From Anaerolineales bacterium (GTDB taxonomy: Bacteria > Chloroflexota > Anaerolineae > Anaerolineales > UBA4823), in contig JAOSJQ010000001.1 of NCBI GenBank assembly GCA_027494035.1, positions 69,693-133,692 on the forward strand: a stretch of 64,000 nucleotides of DNA. Direction: 5' to 3'. Below, piece by piece: positions 1 to 12,057 of the stretch. How positions within the stretch are numbered: the first letter of the stretch is position 1; every line of letters starts with the position of its first letter. The position numbers and the translations under genes were made by a program. The notes under the pieces are model-generated. The model ran no database searches and had not been told where the DNA came from. It saw only the letters and a list, made by a program, of their open reading frames with translations.

Positions 1-422
1 GCGCCAGCTTGGATACAATCTTGCGTTTGCTGGATGAAATCCGCGGTCGAGTTCGACTCGTAGCCATGCTGGACACATTGGAGTACATCCGGCGCAGCGG
101 CAGAGTCTCCTGGGCGCGCGCCCGTCTGGGCAACTTGCTTCAAATCAAACCCTTCATTGAGCTAACAGACGGAGACGTGCGCAGCCTGGGCGAAAGCCGA
201 ACGCGCACAAAAGGTATTCATCGATTACGAGAATTCCTTTATGATCTGGGCGCGCTTGAAAACCTGGCAATTTTACATACCAACGCCGAGAATGATGCAC
301 GCCAGTTTGTGAAAACTCTACAATTGCATCTGAGCTCAGCGCCGCTAATTATCAACGTGACAACCGTGATTGGCACGCATGTAGGCCCCAACTGCCTGGG
401 GTTTGCCGTGCTGATTAAATAA
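1..422 (+). CDS. DegV family fatty-acid-binding protein, C-terminal part (5-prime end outside window)
   Basis: ORF 9..422 is open to the window edge. The C-terminal sequence (LDTLEYIRRSGRVS...TTVIGTHVGPNCLGFAV) is typical of the DegV family. Confidence 0.75.
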   Translation, partial: ASLDTILRLLDEIRGRVRLVAMLDTLEYIRRSGRVSWARARLGNLLQIKPFIELTDGDVRSLGESRTRTKGIHRLREFLYDLGALENLAILHTNAENDARQFVKTLQLHLSSAPLIINVTTVIGTHVGPNCLGFAVLIK

Positions 423-443
423 GGCTGGTAAAATTAAACCTTA

Positions 444-3065
444 ATGAAACCTTCTCTCCAAAAACTCCAAAGAGTTTTCAAACTGGAAGCGGATCGAGGT
501 TACGACAATCGCGCCGTGGTTGGCGGAATCGATCGCATGCTCGAGCATTGGACGCCAGAAGCGCGTCACGAAGGCGTACCGGAGGATTTGATCGCTTATA
601 TCGAAAGCCGGTTTCGCGATTACAACCGCCTGAGTGAAAAATCACGCGCAGAAGCGCTACAAGGTATGTGGAGACGAATCCAACGCAGCGAAGAAAGCGA
701 CCTGAGCAGTCAACCGGTTGAGATAGAAGACCATAAGGAGGCGCTGCCAGTCTCACCGCCGGAGCCCGAGCCAGCCGGGGCTCCCGAGATAACCTCGGAT
801 GAAGCTCCGCCCGAAGCAACTGACAGCACAATCCAGGCTGAGGCAGCTCCGTCTATAATCGCTGCGCCACCGGAAAAAGCGCAGACCACTGAGCAAGCCG
901 CTCACGCGGCGGTGATCGAACGGTTCGAGAGAAAACAACGGGAGATCCAGCCCACCGTTGAACCTGCGGCTTTGAATGCCCCGGTTACCGTCTTACAGGG
1001 AATCGGCCCGCGGATTGCGCAGAACTTGAGCCGCCTGGGCTTGCATACCCTGCGGGATATGCTGTACCATTTCCCGCGCCGTTACGATGACTATTCGAGG
1101 CTGGCGCCGATCAACCGGCTCCAATATGGAGATAAAGTCACCGTGATCGCGACCGTGCAGCAGATCAAGACCCGCCTCATTCGGAATGGAACCGCCACCC
1201 TGGTCGAAGCCTTGGTCAGCGACGGCAGCGGCGCGCTGAGAGTGAGTTGGTTCAACCAGGTCTGGCGGGCAAAACGCCTGTACGAAGGTTCGCAGATCGT
1301 GCTGGCTGGCAAAGTCGATCAATACCTTGGTCGAAAGGTGATGACCAATCCGGACGTGGAAACGCTCGAAGAGGAGCAGTTGAGCACCAACCGCATTGTT
1401 CCGGTGTACCCACTCACCGAACAAGTGACTCAGTCCTGGCTGCGCAAACAGATGAATCAAGTCGTGAGCTATTGGGCGCCGCGCACCCTGGACCCGCTTC
1501 CAGAGAAGATGCGCCGTGAAGCGGAGTTAATCCCGCTTCCAGATGCCTTGCTCCAGATCCATTTCCCGGAGAGCCATGAAGCCCTCCAGGCTGCACAAGA
1601 GCGGCTCGCATTCGATGAAATTTTCCTCCTCCAATCGGGGGTGGTCAGACAAAAACACGCCTGGCAAAACCGCACTGCGAAAACCTTCACCGCTGAACCA
1701 GAGTGGCTGGACGAACAAGTTTCCCGCCTTCCCTACCAACTGACGGGCGCCCAGCAACATGCGTTGGACGACATCAAACACGACCTCGCTTCAGGCAAGC
1801 CGATGAACCGCCTGATTCAAGGCGATGTAGGTTCTGGAAAAACGGTGATCGCGGCGCTGGCAATCGCGATTGTTACCAGCCAGGGCAGCCAGGCTTGTAT
1901 GATGGCGCCGACCAGCCTTCTGGCTGAGCAGCACTATCAAACCCTGTTGAATCTGCTCACCAAAGAAGCCCCCCAGCGCTGATGCCGGGGAGACTCCCGG
2001 CGCGCCGATATTAACCGAGAACCAGGTCAGACTGCTGATCGGTTCAACCCCTGAAGCGGAAAAACAGGAGATACGAGCGGGCTTGGCTGACGGCGCGATC
2101 AAACTGGTCGTCGGAACGCATGCGCTGATCGAAGACCCGGTCGGCTTTGCCAACCTGAGCCTGGTCATCGTCGATGAACAACATCGCTTTGGCGTGGATC
2201 AGCGGGCTGCGCTGCGTCTGAAAGGCGTCAATCCACATCTCATGGTGATGACAGCCACGCCAATTCCGCGCTCCCTGGCGCTCACAATCTACGGGGATCT
2301 GGACTTGACCGTGATGGATGAAATGCCCCCGGACGGCAGCCAGTTGGAACCTTTATCCTGATGCCGCGCGAGCGCGAGCGCGCTTACAGCCTGATCCGTT
2401 CTCAGATCGAACAGGGCCGCCAGACATTCATCATTTATCCATTGATTGAAGAAAGCGAAAACAGCGAAGCGCGCGCCGCGGTCGAAGAGCAGAAGCGTCT
2501 GCAATCGACGATCTTCCCCCATCTCCAGGTTGGCTTGCTGCACGGACGCATGCGCAGCGAAGACAAAGAAGCGGTGATGGAGGCGTTCAGGCGCGGCGAA
2601 TTTCCGATCCTGGTCTCCACCACGGTGATTGAAGTCGGGGTAGACATTCCGAACGCCAGCGTGATGCTGATCGAGGGAGCGAACCGGTTCGGTTTGGCTC
2701 AGCTCCATCAACTGCGCGGGCGGGTTGGCAGAGGCGCGGACAAATCGTATTGTCTGCTGATCCCAGAAAGCCAGGATGAGGCGGAGAACGAACGCCTGCT
2801 GGTGATGACCAGCACCAATGATGGGTTTGTGCTGGCTGAACGCGACCTAGAGCAGCGCGGTCCCGGCGACTTCCTAGGGTCCCGCCAATCCGGTTTCGCC
2901 GAGTTAAAAATGGCAAAGATTTCAGATATTCATTTGATCGAAAAGGCGCGCCGTTTCGCCCAGGCGCTGTTCGAAACCGACCCGGCGCTCACGCTGCCTG
3001 AGCACCAGCTTTTGGCATCCTCCTTGCAACAATTCTGGGAGGAGAACGTAGGTGATATTAGCTGA
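444..3065 (+). CDS. recG: ATP-dependent DNA helicase RecG, split into three ORFs by two frameshifts as sequenced
   Basis: ORFs 444..1982, 2083..2361 and 2361..3065 together give the wedge domain, Walker [27 protein letters not shown], a PPGRQPV motif (only after frame correction) and the helicase C-terminal [12 protein letters not shown]. The breaks are at a C6 run (1969-1974) and a C5 run (2326-2330). Confidence 0.9.
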
Positions 3066-3099
3066 TACGAATCCTAAAAAAACCAGAGAGAATTCTTGT

Positions 3100-3624
3100 A
3101 TGGTGCGTGCTGTCTTCCCTGGAACATTCGACCCGATCCACTTTGGTCACATCGATATTGCCAGTCGTGCTGCCAGAATATTCGATGAGGTCATCATTGC
3201 AGTCTATGATAGACCGCTAAAAACGCTGGTGTTTCCGCCGGCTACCCGCATTCAGCTGGTGAGCGAAGCCTTCGCAAATGATCCAAAAATCAAGGTTATG
3301 GGTTACAGCGGGCTGACCGTCGAACTCTGTAAGACGGTGGACGCGCAAGTGATTGTGCGCGGCTTGCGAGTTTTCTCGGATTTCGAATTCGAATTCCGCA
3401 TGGCGCTCGCAAATCACCGTCTGGACCCCGAAATTGAGGTCATTGCGCTGATCACTGCCGAGGAACACACGTTCCTTTCCTCTTCTACAGTGCGCGAGAT
3501 CGCCTCCCTCGGCGGCGATGTGAGCAGTATGGTGCCAAAACATGTGGAAACCGCTTTGAAATTGCGGTTTCACGAACTGGGCGATGAGCAGCAAGTTGTG
3601 CCGACAACTTCTCTGCGCGATTGA
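3100..3624 (+). CDS. coaD: phosphopantetheine adenylyltransferase
   Basis: GTFDPIHFGHIDI nucleotidyltransferase motif. The size from the internal ATG at 3100 (MVRAVFPGTFDP) fits CoaD. Confidence 0.9.
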   Translation: MVRAVFPGTFDPIHFGHIDIASRAARIFDEVIIAVYDRPLKTLVFPPATRIQLVSEAFANDPKIKVMGYSGLTVELCKTVDAQVIVRGLRVFSDFEFEFRMALANHRLDPEIEVIALITAEEHTFLSSSTVREIASLGGDVSSMVPKHVETALKLRFHELGDEQQVVPTTSLRD

Positions 3625-3649
3625 GGCAAAATCCATGTCAAACAAATCG

Positions 3650-3678
3650 TTGACGGATTTCGAAAATTCAAGTAATCT
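3650..3678 (+). promoter_or_regulatory. sigma70-like promoter candidate (TTGACG, 17-nt spacer, TAATCT)
   Basis: -35 at 3650-3655 and -10 at 3673-3678, about 65 nt upstream of the ATG at 3744, which has RBS GGGAGGGG. Confidence 0.4.
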
Positions 3679-3743
3679 ACACAGAACATACATCATTGCA
3701 TGCTTCTATTCTGCGATTGAATTGACCTGTCTGGGAGGGGTAA

Positions 3744-4214
3744 ATGGATATCCTACATCTGGTTGACCGGCTGGAAGAGCTCTTAAATCAAAGTCGCCCT
3801 CTCTTTTTTACGCACAACGTGTTGATCGATGAGGACCGCATCCTGGATATCATCGACCAGATGAGGGTCGCTGTGCCAGATGAAGTAAAAAAAGCCCAAC
3901 AACTGCTCGCCCAGCGCGATCGGATTCTGGCGCAGGCGCAGGAAGAAGCCAATCGCACGATCGCGATCGCGCGCGAAAAGAGCGACCAACTGGTGCAGCG
4001 TGATGCAATCGTCCAGGCAGCCCAAACGGAAGCCGACCAGGTCATCGCCCAGTCCCTCACTAACGCAGAAAAGACGCGCCTGGACGCCGATCATTATGTC
4101 GTCGAGTCGCTGACCAAGCTGGAAGTAGAGCTAGACCGCATCTTAAACCAGGTGCGCAACGGAATCCGGGCGCTGCAGCAGGAGAAATCCAAATCAGAAA
4201 AAGATGAGTCCTGA
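3744..4214 (+). CDS. coiled-coil hypothetical protein (ATP synthase subunit B/H-like helical protein)
   Basis: Strong RBS GGGAGGGG before the ATG. The 156-aa product is Gln/Ala/Glu-rich and helical, with no enzymatic motif. Confidence 0.6.
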   Translation: MDILHLVDRLEELLNQSRPLFFTHNVLIDEDRILDIIDQMRVAVPDEVKKAQQLLAQRDRILAQAQEEANRTIAIAREKSDQLVQRDAIVQAAQTEADQVIAQSLTNAEKTRLDADHYVVESLTKLEVELDRILNQVRNGIRALQQEKSKSEKDES

Positions 4215-4301
4215 AGAGAAGACCGCGTTGTTCATCCCCTTTTCATAACGCGGCAATTGCAGTTCAGCACAGTTCACATAATTTTTTCAACGCAATCGCC
4301 T

Positions 4302-4330
4302 TTGACAATTCAAACCCGCAGAGGTATAAT
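4302..4330 (+). promoter_or_regulatory. consensus sigma70 promoter (TTGACA, 17-nt spacer, TATAAT)
   Basis: Exact TTGACA at 4302-4307 and exact TATAAT at 4325-4330 with a 17-nt spacer, 87 nt upstream of the S1-domain gene. Confidence 0.65.
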
Positions 4331-4416
4331 CCGCCTTCGCGGGTTAAACTTCCCCACAATTCACTTGAAACCTTCCACCCTATGGTGGTTCGATCCTATT
4401 TTTTGGAGAAAGCGTT

Positions 4417-5202
4417 ATGGAAACCGATGTTGCAGGAATTCAGGAAACCACCTCAGGACCGAACATAAGCGAGATTCAAAGAAAACAACAATTTACCGGA
4501 ACCGTAGTTAAAACGACTTTAGCCGGCGCGTTGGTGGACATTGGCTTGGACACACCGGGCGTTGTCCATATCTCACAACTGCAAGCTGAGCCAGTCAATC
4601 GCGTAGAGGACGTTGTCCAACCCGGGCAGCAAGTCGATGTGTGGGTTCAGCGGGTTGTTCCCAAAAAGAACCGCATCGAGCTAACGATGATCAAACCGCT
4701 GGCGCTGGAATGGCGGGATATCGAGAAGGACATGGTCCTCAAAGGAACGGTCACTCGCCTGGAAAAATTTGGCGCATTTGTCGAAATCGGCGCCGAGCGC
4801 CCTGGATTAGTGCACATCAGCGAAATGACCTACGGATACATCAAGGATCCGAGCGAAGTCGTGAAACAAGGCGATGAGATTGAAGTGAAAGTCCTCAATG
4901 TGAACCGCCAGAAGCGCCAGATTAAGCTGAGCATGAAGGCTTTGGAAGAACCGCCCATCAAAGAGGTAAAAGAGAGTAAGGCGCCCAAGAAAGCAGAAGC
5001 GAGCGTTAGCGAGGCTGAGGAACCCAAAGAAGAACCCGTTCCGACCGCGATGGAGATTGCCTTGCGCGAAGCGATGGAGCGTTCAAAAGAGAAACACCCC
5101 GAACGACAAACTGAAAAAGAGCGGCGGAAACCCACCGCTTCCAACAATGAACTTGAGCAGATTCTGGCGCGCACCCTCCAGCACAAAGTTAAAACCAAAT
5201 AA
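4417..5202 (+). CDS. S1 RNA-binding domain protein (two S1 domains plus a Lys/Glu-rich tail)
   Basis: Two S1 repeats (GTVVKTTLAGALVDIG...GVVHISQL and GTVTRLEKFGAFVEIG...GLVHISEM), followed by a charged C-terminal tail. Confidence 0.85.
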   Translation: METDVAGIQETTSGPNISEIQRKQQFTGTVVKTTLAGALVDIGLDTPGVVHISQLQAEPVNRVEDVVQPGQQVDVWVQRVVPKKNRIELTMIKPLALEWRDIEKDMVLKGTVTRLEKFGAFVEIGAERPGLVHISEMTYGYIKDPSEVVKQGDEIEVKVLNVNRQKRQIKLSMKALEEPPIKEVKESKAPKKAEASVSEAEEPKEEPVPTAMEIALREAMERSKEKHPERQTEKERRKPTASNNELEQILARTLQHKVKTK

Positions 5203-5236
5203 CTCTCTGGAAACCGCTCGTTTTGTTAATAAAACC

Positions 5237-5270
5237 GTCCCGCCCTACTAATTTCGCAGCAGGGCGGGAC
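5237..5270 (+). terminator. terminator-like hairpin after the S1-domain gene
   Basis: Perfect 10-bp stem, GTCCCGCCCT (5237-5246) with AGGGCGGGAC (5261-5270), and a 14-nt loop. The downstream U-tract is weak (TCTCGTATAT). Confidence 0.5.
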
Positions 5271-5290
5271 TCTCGTATATAATGTAAGCC

Positions 5291-5503
5291 GTGTCGCGCT
5301 CAACCTTTGGCGCCGCATTTACGTCGTGGATGAATGTGAGAGAGACGGATGACGCAAACTGGCAAACCGGGTCGAAGCGCGACTTGGCTACGCCTGGCGG
5401 TGTGGGCGAGGTTGTGTACCAACAGGCTCAAGACCATTATACAGAAAAACCTTCCCCTGAGGATGAGAAGCAATTCGCAGTTTTGTTAGCTTTCGGGGAA
5501 TAA
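5291..5503 (+). CDS. small hypothetical protein (start uncertain: GTG 5291 or ATG 5330)
   Basis: There is only an ORF and coding-like codon usage. No recognisable motif. It is in the same frame as the next ORF, separated by one TAA. Confidence 0.3.
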   Translation: MSRSTFGAAFTSWMNVRETDDANWQTGSKRDLATPGGVGEVVYQQAQDHYTEKPSPEDEKQFAVLLAFGE

Positions 5504-5518
5504 CCTTGCCCCACAGGG

Positions 5519-6196
5519 GTGGATGGAGAGCCATTTGTGAACGCTGAAAAATTTTCCCCAAGCCCCAATCCAGACCGTTTCAGTCAACGGCTGAACGAAC
5601 TGCGCGCGGCGCTGCAAAATTCAAACCCCGACAGACTGGCAGAGGTCACCGGGTCAGAATGGGTCCCGAACCCTGCCGGGGGAGAAGTCCAGCTTTTATA
5701 TTGGGGTCAACCCGTGCGAGTCACCGCCAAAGATTGGCTGGTTTATAAAGGCGACTCGGTTGAGCCCGCCTCGGATTACGAGCAAACGATGCTGCTGTAT
5801 TACTTTACGATCGCGGACGGCGCGCCGGAGCAAAACCGCTGGATTTCATTCTCGGACTTACCGGACGGCAGGTTCTACACACAGGCGTTTCAGGGTTACA
5901 CCGGACGCGAGTTGTGGGTTGCCTTCAAGGACGATGTTGCCGCGTTCGAAAACGCGTGCCAATCTCTGGGCGGCGCTCGTCAAGACCTCGGCGACGCAGC
6001 CTACCGATTTCAGGTTTTGCCGCATTTCCCCATTCTGGTCGTTTACTGGTCTGGCGATGAAGATTTCTCCGGATCCGCTCAGGTGCTTTTCGACGCCTCA
6101 GCCAGCCACTATCTCACCACGGACGCATGCGCGGTTCTGGGCAGCACGATCACCCGCAAGCTCATCGCCGCCAAACCTAAAACCCAGGAGGTCTGA
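5519..6196 (+). CDS. DUF3786-like protein
   Basis: Family-like segments (LLYYFTIADGAP...RWISFSDLPDGRFYTQAFQGYTG) match my recollection of DUF3786. I could not run an HMM search. Confidence 0.55.
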   Translation: MDGEPFVNAEKFSPSPNPDRFSQRLNELRAALQNSNPDRLAEVTGSEWVPNPAGGEVQLLYWGQPVRVTAKDWLVYKGDSVEPASDYEQTMLLYYFTIADGAPEQNRWISFSDLPDGRFYTQAFQGYTGRELWVAFKDDVAAFENACQSLGGARQDLGDAAYRFQVLPHFPILVVYWSGDEDFSGSAQVLFDASASHYLTTDACAVLGSTITRKLIAAKPKTQEV

Positions 6197-6198
6197 CT

Positions 6199-6597
6199 AT
6201 GCCAGGTGTAATTGATTACGAAACGATGAACGTTGATCCGCTCCCCGGGATTTGGTCTCCCGTCCAATGGGATCTTTCAGAAGATGAGCATCTTGCCGAA
6301 CTGGAGGCGCAGGCGACCGCCAGCTTGCTCAACGCAGTGGACGTGCCCGAAGCCGTTTTACGGCTGATGCTCAACGAAACCAGCATCCAAAGAGCATTCG
6401 ATCCCCCGCCTGGTTACGACCCGGAAATGCAAGGCGAGTGGGATTCGGATTTGGTCACATTTGAATTCGAACGACCGCTCGAACTCGAAAAAGTCGTGCG
6501 GCAAAACGATGTACTCGTTATTGAATATGATTTCAAAGAACTTGGTCGCTGGGTCTTCGAAATTGAACCTGAAGCGGTTCATCTCCACCGAATCTAA
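6199..6597 (+). CDS. acidic hypothetical protein
   Basis: The ATG lies 2 nt after the stop of the upstream gene, which suggests coupling. The 132-aa product is Asp/Glu-rich with no known motif. Confidence 0.5.
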   Translation: MPGVIDYETMNVDPLPGIWSPVQWDLSEDEHLAELEAQATASLLNAVDVPEAVLRLMLNETSIQRAFDPPPGYDPEMQGEWDSDLVTFEFERPLELEKVVRQNDVLVIEYDFKELGRWVFEIEPEAVHLHRI

Positions 6598-6657
6598 AAG
6601 CCAATTACTGTAGGCTCTCCCGTGGGATTGCGGGTTCCAATAAACAAGCCAACAAGT

Positions 6658-9252
<2,595 letters not shown>

Positions 9253-9421
9253 TGTGTCACCTGTGTAGTCTGGATTTCGGGGTATTCTCAGCCCGAACCT
9301 GTGGTTATTATAACCAAATCTCGCGCATTGCCATTTTTCCCGACGAAACCGGCAATCCCCGGGAAGATGATCTGCAGTTCAACCAGGGCTTGTAATATGT
9401 AAAGTTTATTCTAGGAAAATA

Positions 9422-9450
9422 TTGTCATTCAGTCCTTATCCGGCTATAAT
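9422..9450 (+). promoter_or_regulatory. sigma70-like promoter candidate (TTGTCA, 17-nt spacer, TATAAT)
   Basis: -35 at 9422-9427 and -10 at 9445-9450, upstream of RBS AAAGGAG and the ATG at 9495. Confidence 0.5.
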
Positions 9451-9494
9451 GTAATCACTATATTCCCCGAAATGGACGAAAGGAGAAAAACCGA

Positions 9495-10594
9495 ATGGCA
9501 AGTGTTACTTTTGACCACATTACGAAGCGGTTCGGTGACGTTATTGCGGTCAACGATCTGAACATTGAGATCGCTGACAAAGAATTCCTGGTGCTGGTCG
9601 GACCGTCCGGCTGCGGCAAAACCACTGCGCTGCGCTGTCTGGCTGGGCTGGAAGACGTCAGTGAAGGTCGCATCCTGATCGCCGATCAGGTCGTCAACGA
9701 TATCGCGCCAAAGGACCGTGATATCGCCATGGTGTTCCAATCCTATGCTCTGTACCCCCATATGTCGGTCTTCGACAACATGGCTTTCGGTTTGAAGCTG
9801 CGCAAGACTCCCAAGGCTGAGATCAAGCGCCGCGTGGAAGAAGCTGCCGGAATCCTGGGCATCGAACACTTGCTGGATCGCAAACCGCGCCAGCTTTCGG
9901 GTGGACAGCGCCAGCGCGTTGCGGTGGGGCGGGCGATCGTGCGCGAGCCCAAGGTTTTTCTCTTCGATGAGCCGCTTTCGAACCTGGACGCCAAACTGCG
10001 CGTCGAAACCCGCGCCAACATCTCGAAGCTGCACCAGCAGCTCGAAACCACGTTCATTTATGTGACCCACGACCAGGTCGAAGCGATGACCATGGCTACC
10101 CGCATTGCAGTGATCAACAAAGGTCTGCTCCAGCAGATCGATACGCCGCAGGTGCTCTACGACCGCCCCGACAACCTGTTTGTAGCCGGGTTTATCGGTT
10201 CGCCGGCAATGAATTTCTTCCCCGCGCACATACGCAAAGATGGCGAAAACTTGTTCATCGATGGCGGCACGTTCAAAGTCAAAGTCCCTGAAACTCGCAA
10301 GGGCGCCTATATCAGTCACGTGGATAAGCCGGTTATTTTTGGCATCCGACCGGAGAACATCCACAACCCCGAATACGCGCCGCCCAACATCGACGCCCAA
10401 CCGGTTGAATGCATCGTCGATGTTACCGAACTGATGGGCAATGAGATCTTTGTCTATTTGAAGACCGGCGACAACCTCTTCGTCGCCCGCGTCGACCCGC
10501 GCTCACGCTACCACGTGGATGATAAAGTGCAGGTGTCGTTCAATATGAACAACATGCACGTGTTCGACCGCAGAGCGAGATCGCCATCCGCTGA
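9495..10594 (+). CDS. ABC sugar/glycerol-3-phosphate importer ATP-binding protein (MalK/UgpC/MsmX family), 3-prime end frameshifted as sequenced
   Basis: Walker A GPSGCGKTT, signature LSGGQRQRVAVGRA, Walker B LFDEPLSNLD, and a TOBE-like C-terminus. After MHVFD the canonical ending PQSEIAIR-stop (stop at 10592-10594) is in the -1 frame. The annotated ORF instead runs on to 10775. Confidence 0.88.
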
Positions 10595-10675
10595 CGACCC
10601 AGCGCCGCAAGAGAATGGATCGGGTGTTTCAACCTGGAATTCGGTTTGGAACACCCGATTTCTATTGACCCAGCC

Positions 10676-11404
10676 ATGCCGGACGAACCCACCTACCATT
10701 TCGTTTTGCTGCGCCACGGTCAAAGCCAGTGGAATCAGGAGAATCGGTTCACCGGCTGGACCGATATCGCATTGACCGCCCAAGGGCGTCAGGAGACCCG
10801 CCAGGCAGCCCAGGCGCTAAAAGCGGCGGGCATCTCATTCGATTATGCCTGCACGTCCATTCTAAGGCGTGCGGTTGAATCCCTGGCGATTCTGGTTGAC
10901 GAAATGCACCTCCAGTCGCTGCCGATCGAACGCACCTGGCGGCTCAACGAGCGCCATTACGGAGGTTTGCAAGGGCTCAATAAAACCGAAACAGCCAATC
11001 GTCTGGGGTGGGCTTTGGTGAGATATTGGCGGCGCAGCTACGCAGGTCGCCCGCCAGCCCTTGAATTTGACGACCACCGCCATCCGCGCTTCGACCCATT
11101 ATATGCCGCGGTTCCACGCGCTTCGCTTCCGGCAACCGAGTCGCTCAAGGACACCGAACTGCGCGTGGCGCGCTATTGGAACACGACAATTCGTCCGCTG
11201 CTCCAGGGCGGTCTGAGGGTATTGATCCTGGCGCACGGCAACAGCTTGCGCGCCCTGGTGCGCTACCTGGAGCAAATCCCGCCGGCGCAGGCGCCCGAGT
11301 TGGACGTTCCCACCGCCATCCCGTTGATCTATCGCGCAAACGCCGATTTCACCCGCTATCAGCGCGTGGCTCTGGACAGGCTTGGCAGCGATCCGCACAC
11401 ATAA
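10676..11404 (+). CDS. gpmA: 2,3-bisphosphoglycerate-dependent phosphoglycerate mutase
   Basis: LLRHGQSQWN catalytic motif, followed by ERHYGGLQGLNK and AHGNSLRAL. Confidence 0.9.
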   Translation: MPDEPTYHFVLLRHGQSQWNQENRFTGWTDIALTAQGRQETRQAAQALKAAGISFDYACTSILRRAVESLAILVDEMHLQSLPIERTWRLNERHYGGLQGLNKTETANRLGWALVRYWRRSYAGRPPALEFDDHRHPRFDPLYAAVPRASLPATESLKDTELRVARYWNTTIRPLLQGGLRVLILAHGNSLRALVRYLEQIPPAQAPELDVPTAIPLIYRANADFTRYQRVALDRLGSDPHT

Positions 11405-12057
11405 GCGATCAACAAGCCCAGCCCGGCAGTGATGGCGCCGACATAAATAAAGATATCGCGCCAGAACCTTTCAGGAAACAACCGGATCAGGGTGTCACTC
11501 CATAAGAACATCCAGGTGCCCGGCTCGAAGAACACGTTGTGAAAAGCGACGAAAAAGACCCCGAAGCTTAGCAAAACGATGACGATCACCACGAGAATCA
11601 GCAACGCTGATACCAGACCGCCGCGCCCCAATCCTGCACGGTACGCCTGCCACCAACCACCCTGCCATGCCCAAACCCCGAGCAGCGCCAGCAAAACCAG
11701 CGAAGCCAACCAGACCTTCTGCGCGTTGGCAAGCGCGATTTTCACATCCACCATGTGCCGCAGCTCGCGCTCGTTGTAAACCGGACTGCCATCCTCGAAG
11801 CGCAAATCCCCCAAGAATTCGATCCCCTGATCGTTGTGCAAATATTCCAGGGCAATATTCGACCAATACAAACGTTCTTCCTTTGTAAACCCATAGCTAT
11901 CGGGCGGGAAACCGGGAGTGCTGTACTCGAAAGTCAGAAATACTGGAAACAATAACAACCGCACCGCAGTGAGCACCAGCGCGATCGGCACGAGCAGCGT
12001 GATCAACCAGCCAAGATATCGGAATACCTGCTTTTGCGATTGCAGTTGTTCGCTCAT
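11359..12057 (-). CDS. TIGR01906/DUF1461 family integral membrane protein
   Basis: Membrane protein with a C-terminal FHNVFFEPGTWMF...LIRLFPERFW segment typical of the family. Its ATG overlaps the stop of the upstream gene (ATGA). Confidence 0.7.
   Translation of the reverse strand: MSEQLQSQKQVFRYLGWLITLLVPIALVLTAVRLLLFPVFLTFEYSTPGFPPDSYGFTKEERLYWSNIALEYLHNDQGIEFLGDLRFEDGSPVYNERELRHMVDVKIALANAQKVWLASLVLLALLGVWAWQGGWWQAYRAGLGRGGLVSALLILVVIVIVLLSFGVFFVAFHNVFFEPGTWMFLWSDTLIRLFPERFWRDIFIYVGAITAGLGLLIAYVCGSLPSLSRATR

Noticed and set aside
1969-2330. Programmed ribosomal frameshifting or recoding as an explanation for the split recG, lon, moaA and other genes.
   Set aside because: - The breaks occur in many unrelated genes.
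- Most sit at simple mononucleotide runs or doublets, with no slippery heptamer and no downstream structure.
- They go in both directions (+1 and -1).
- Sequencing indels are the simpler explanation.
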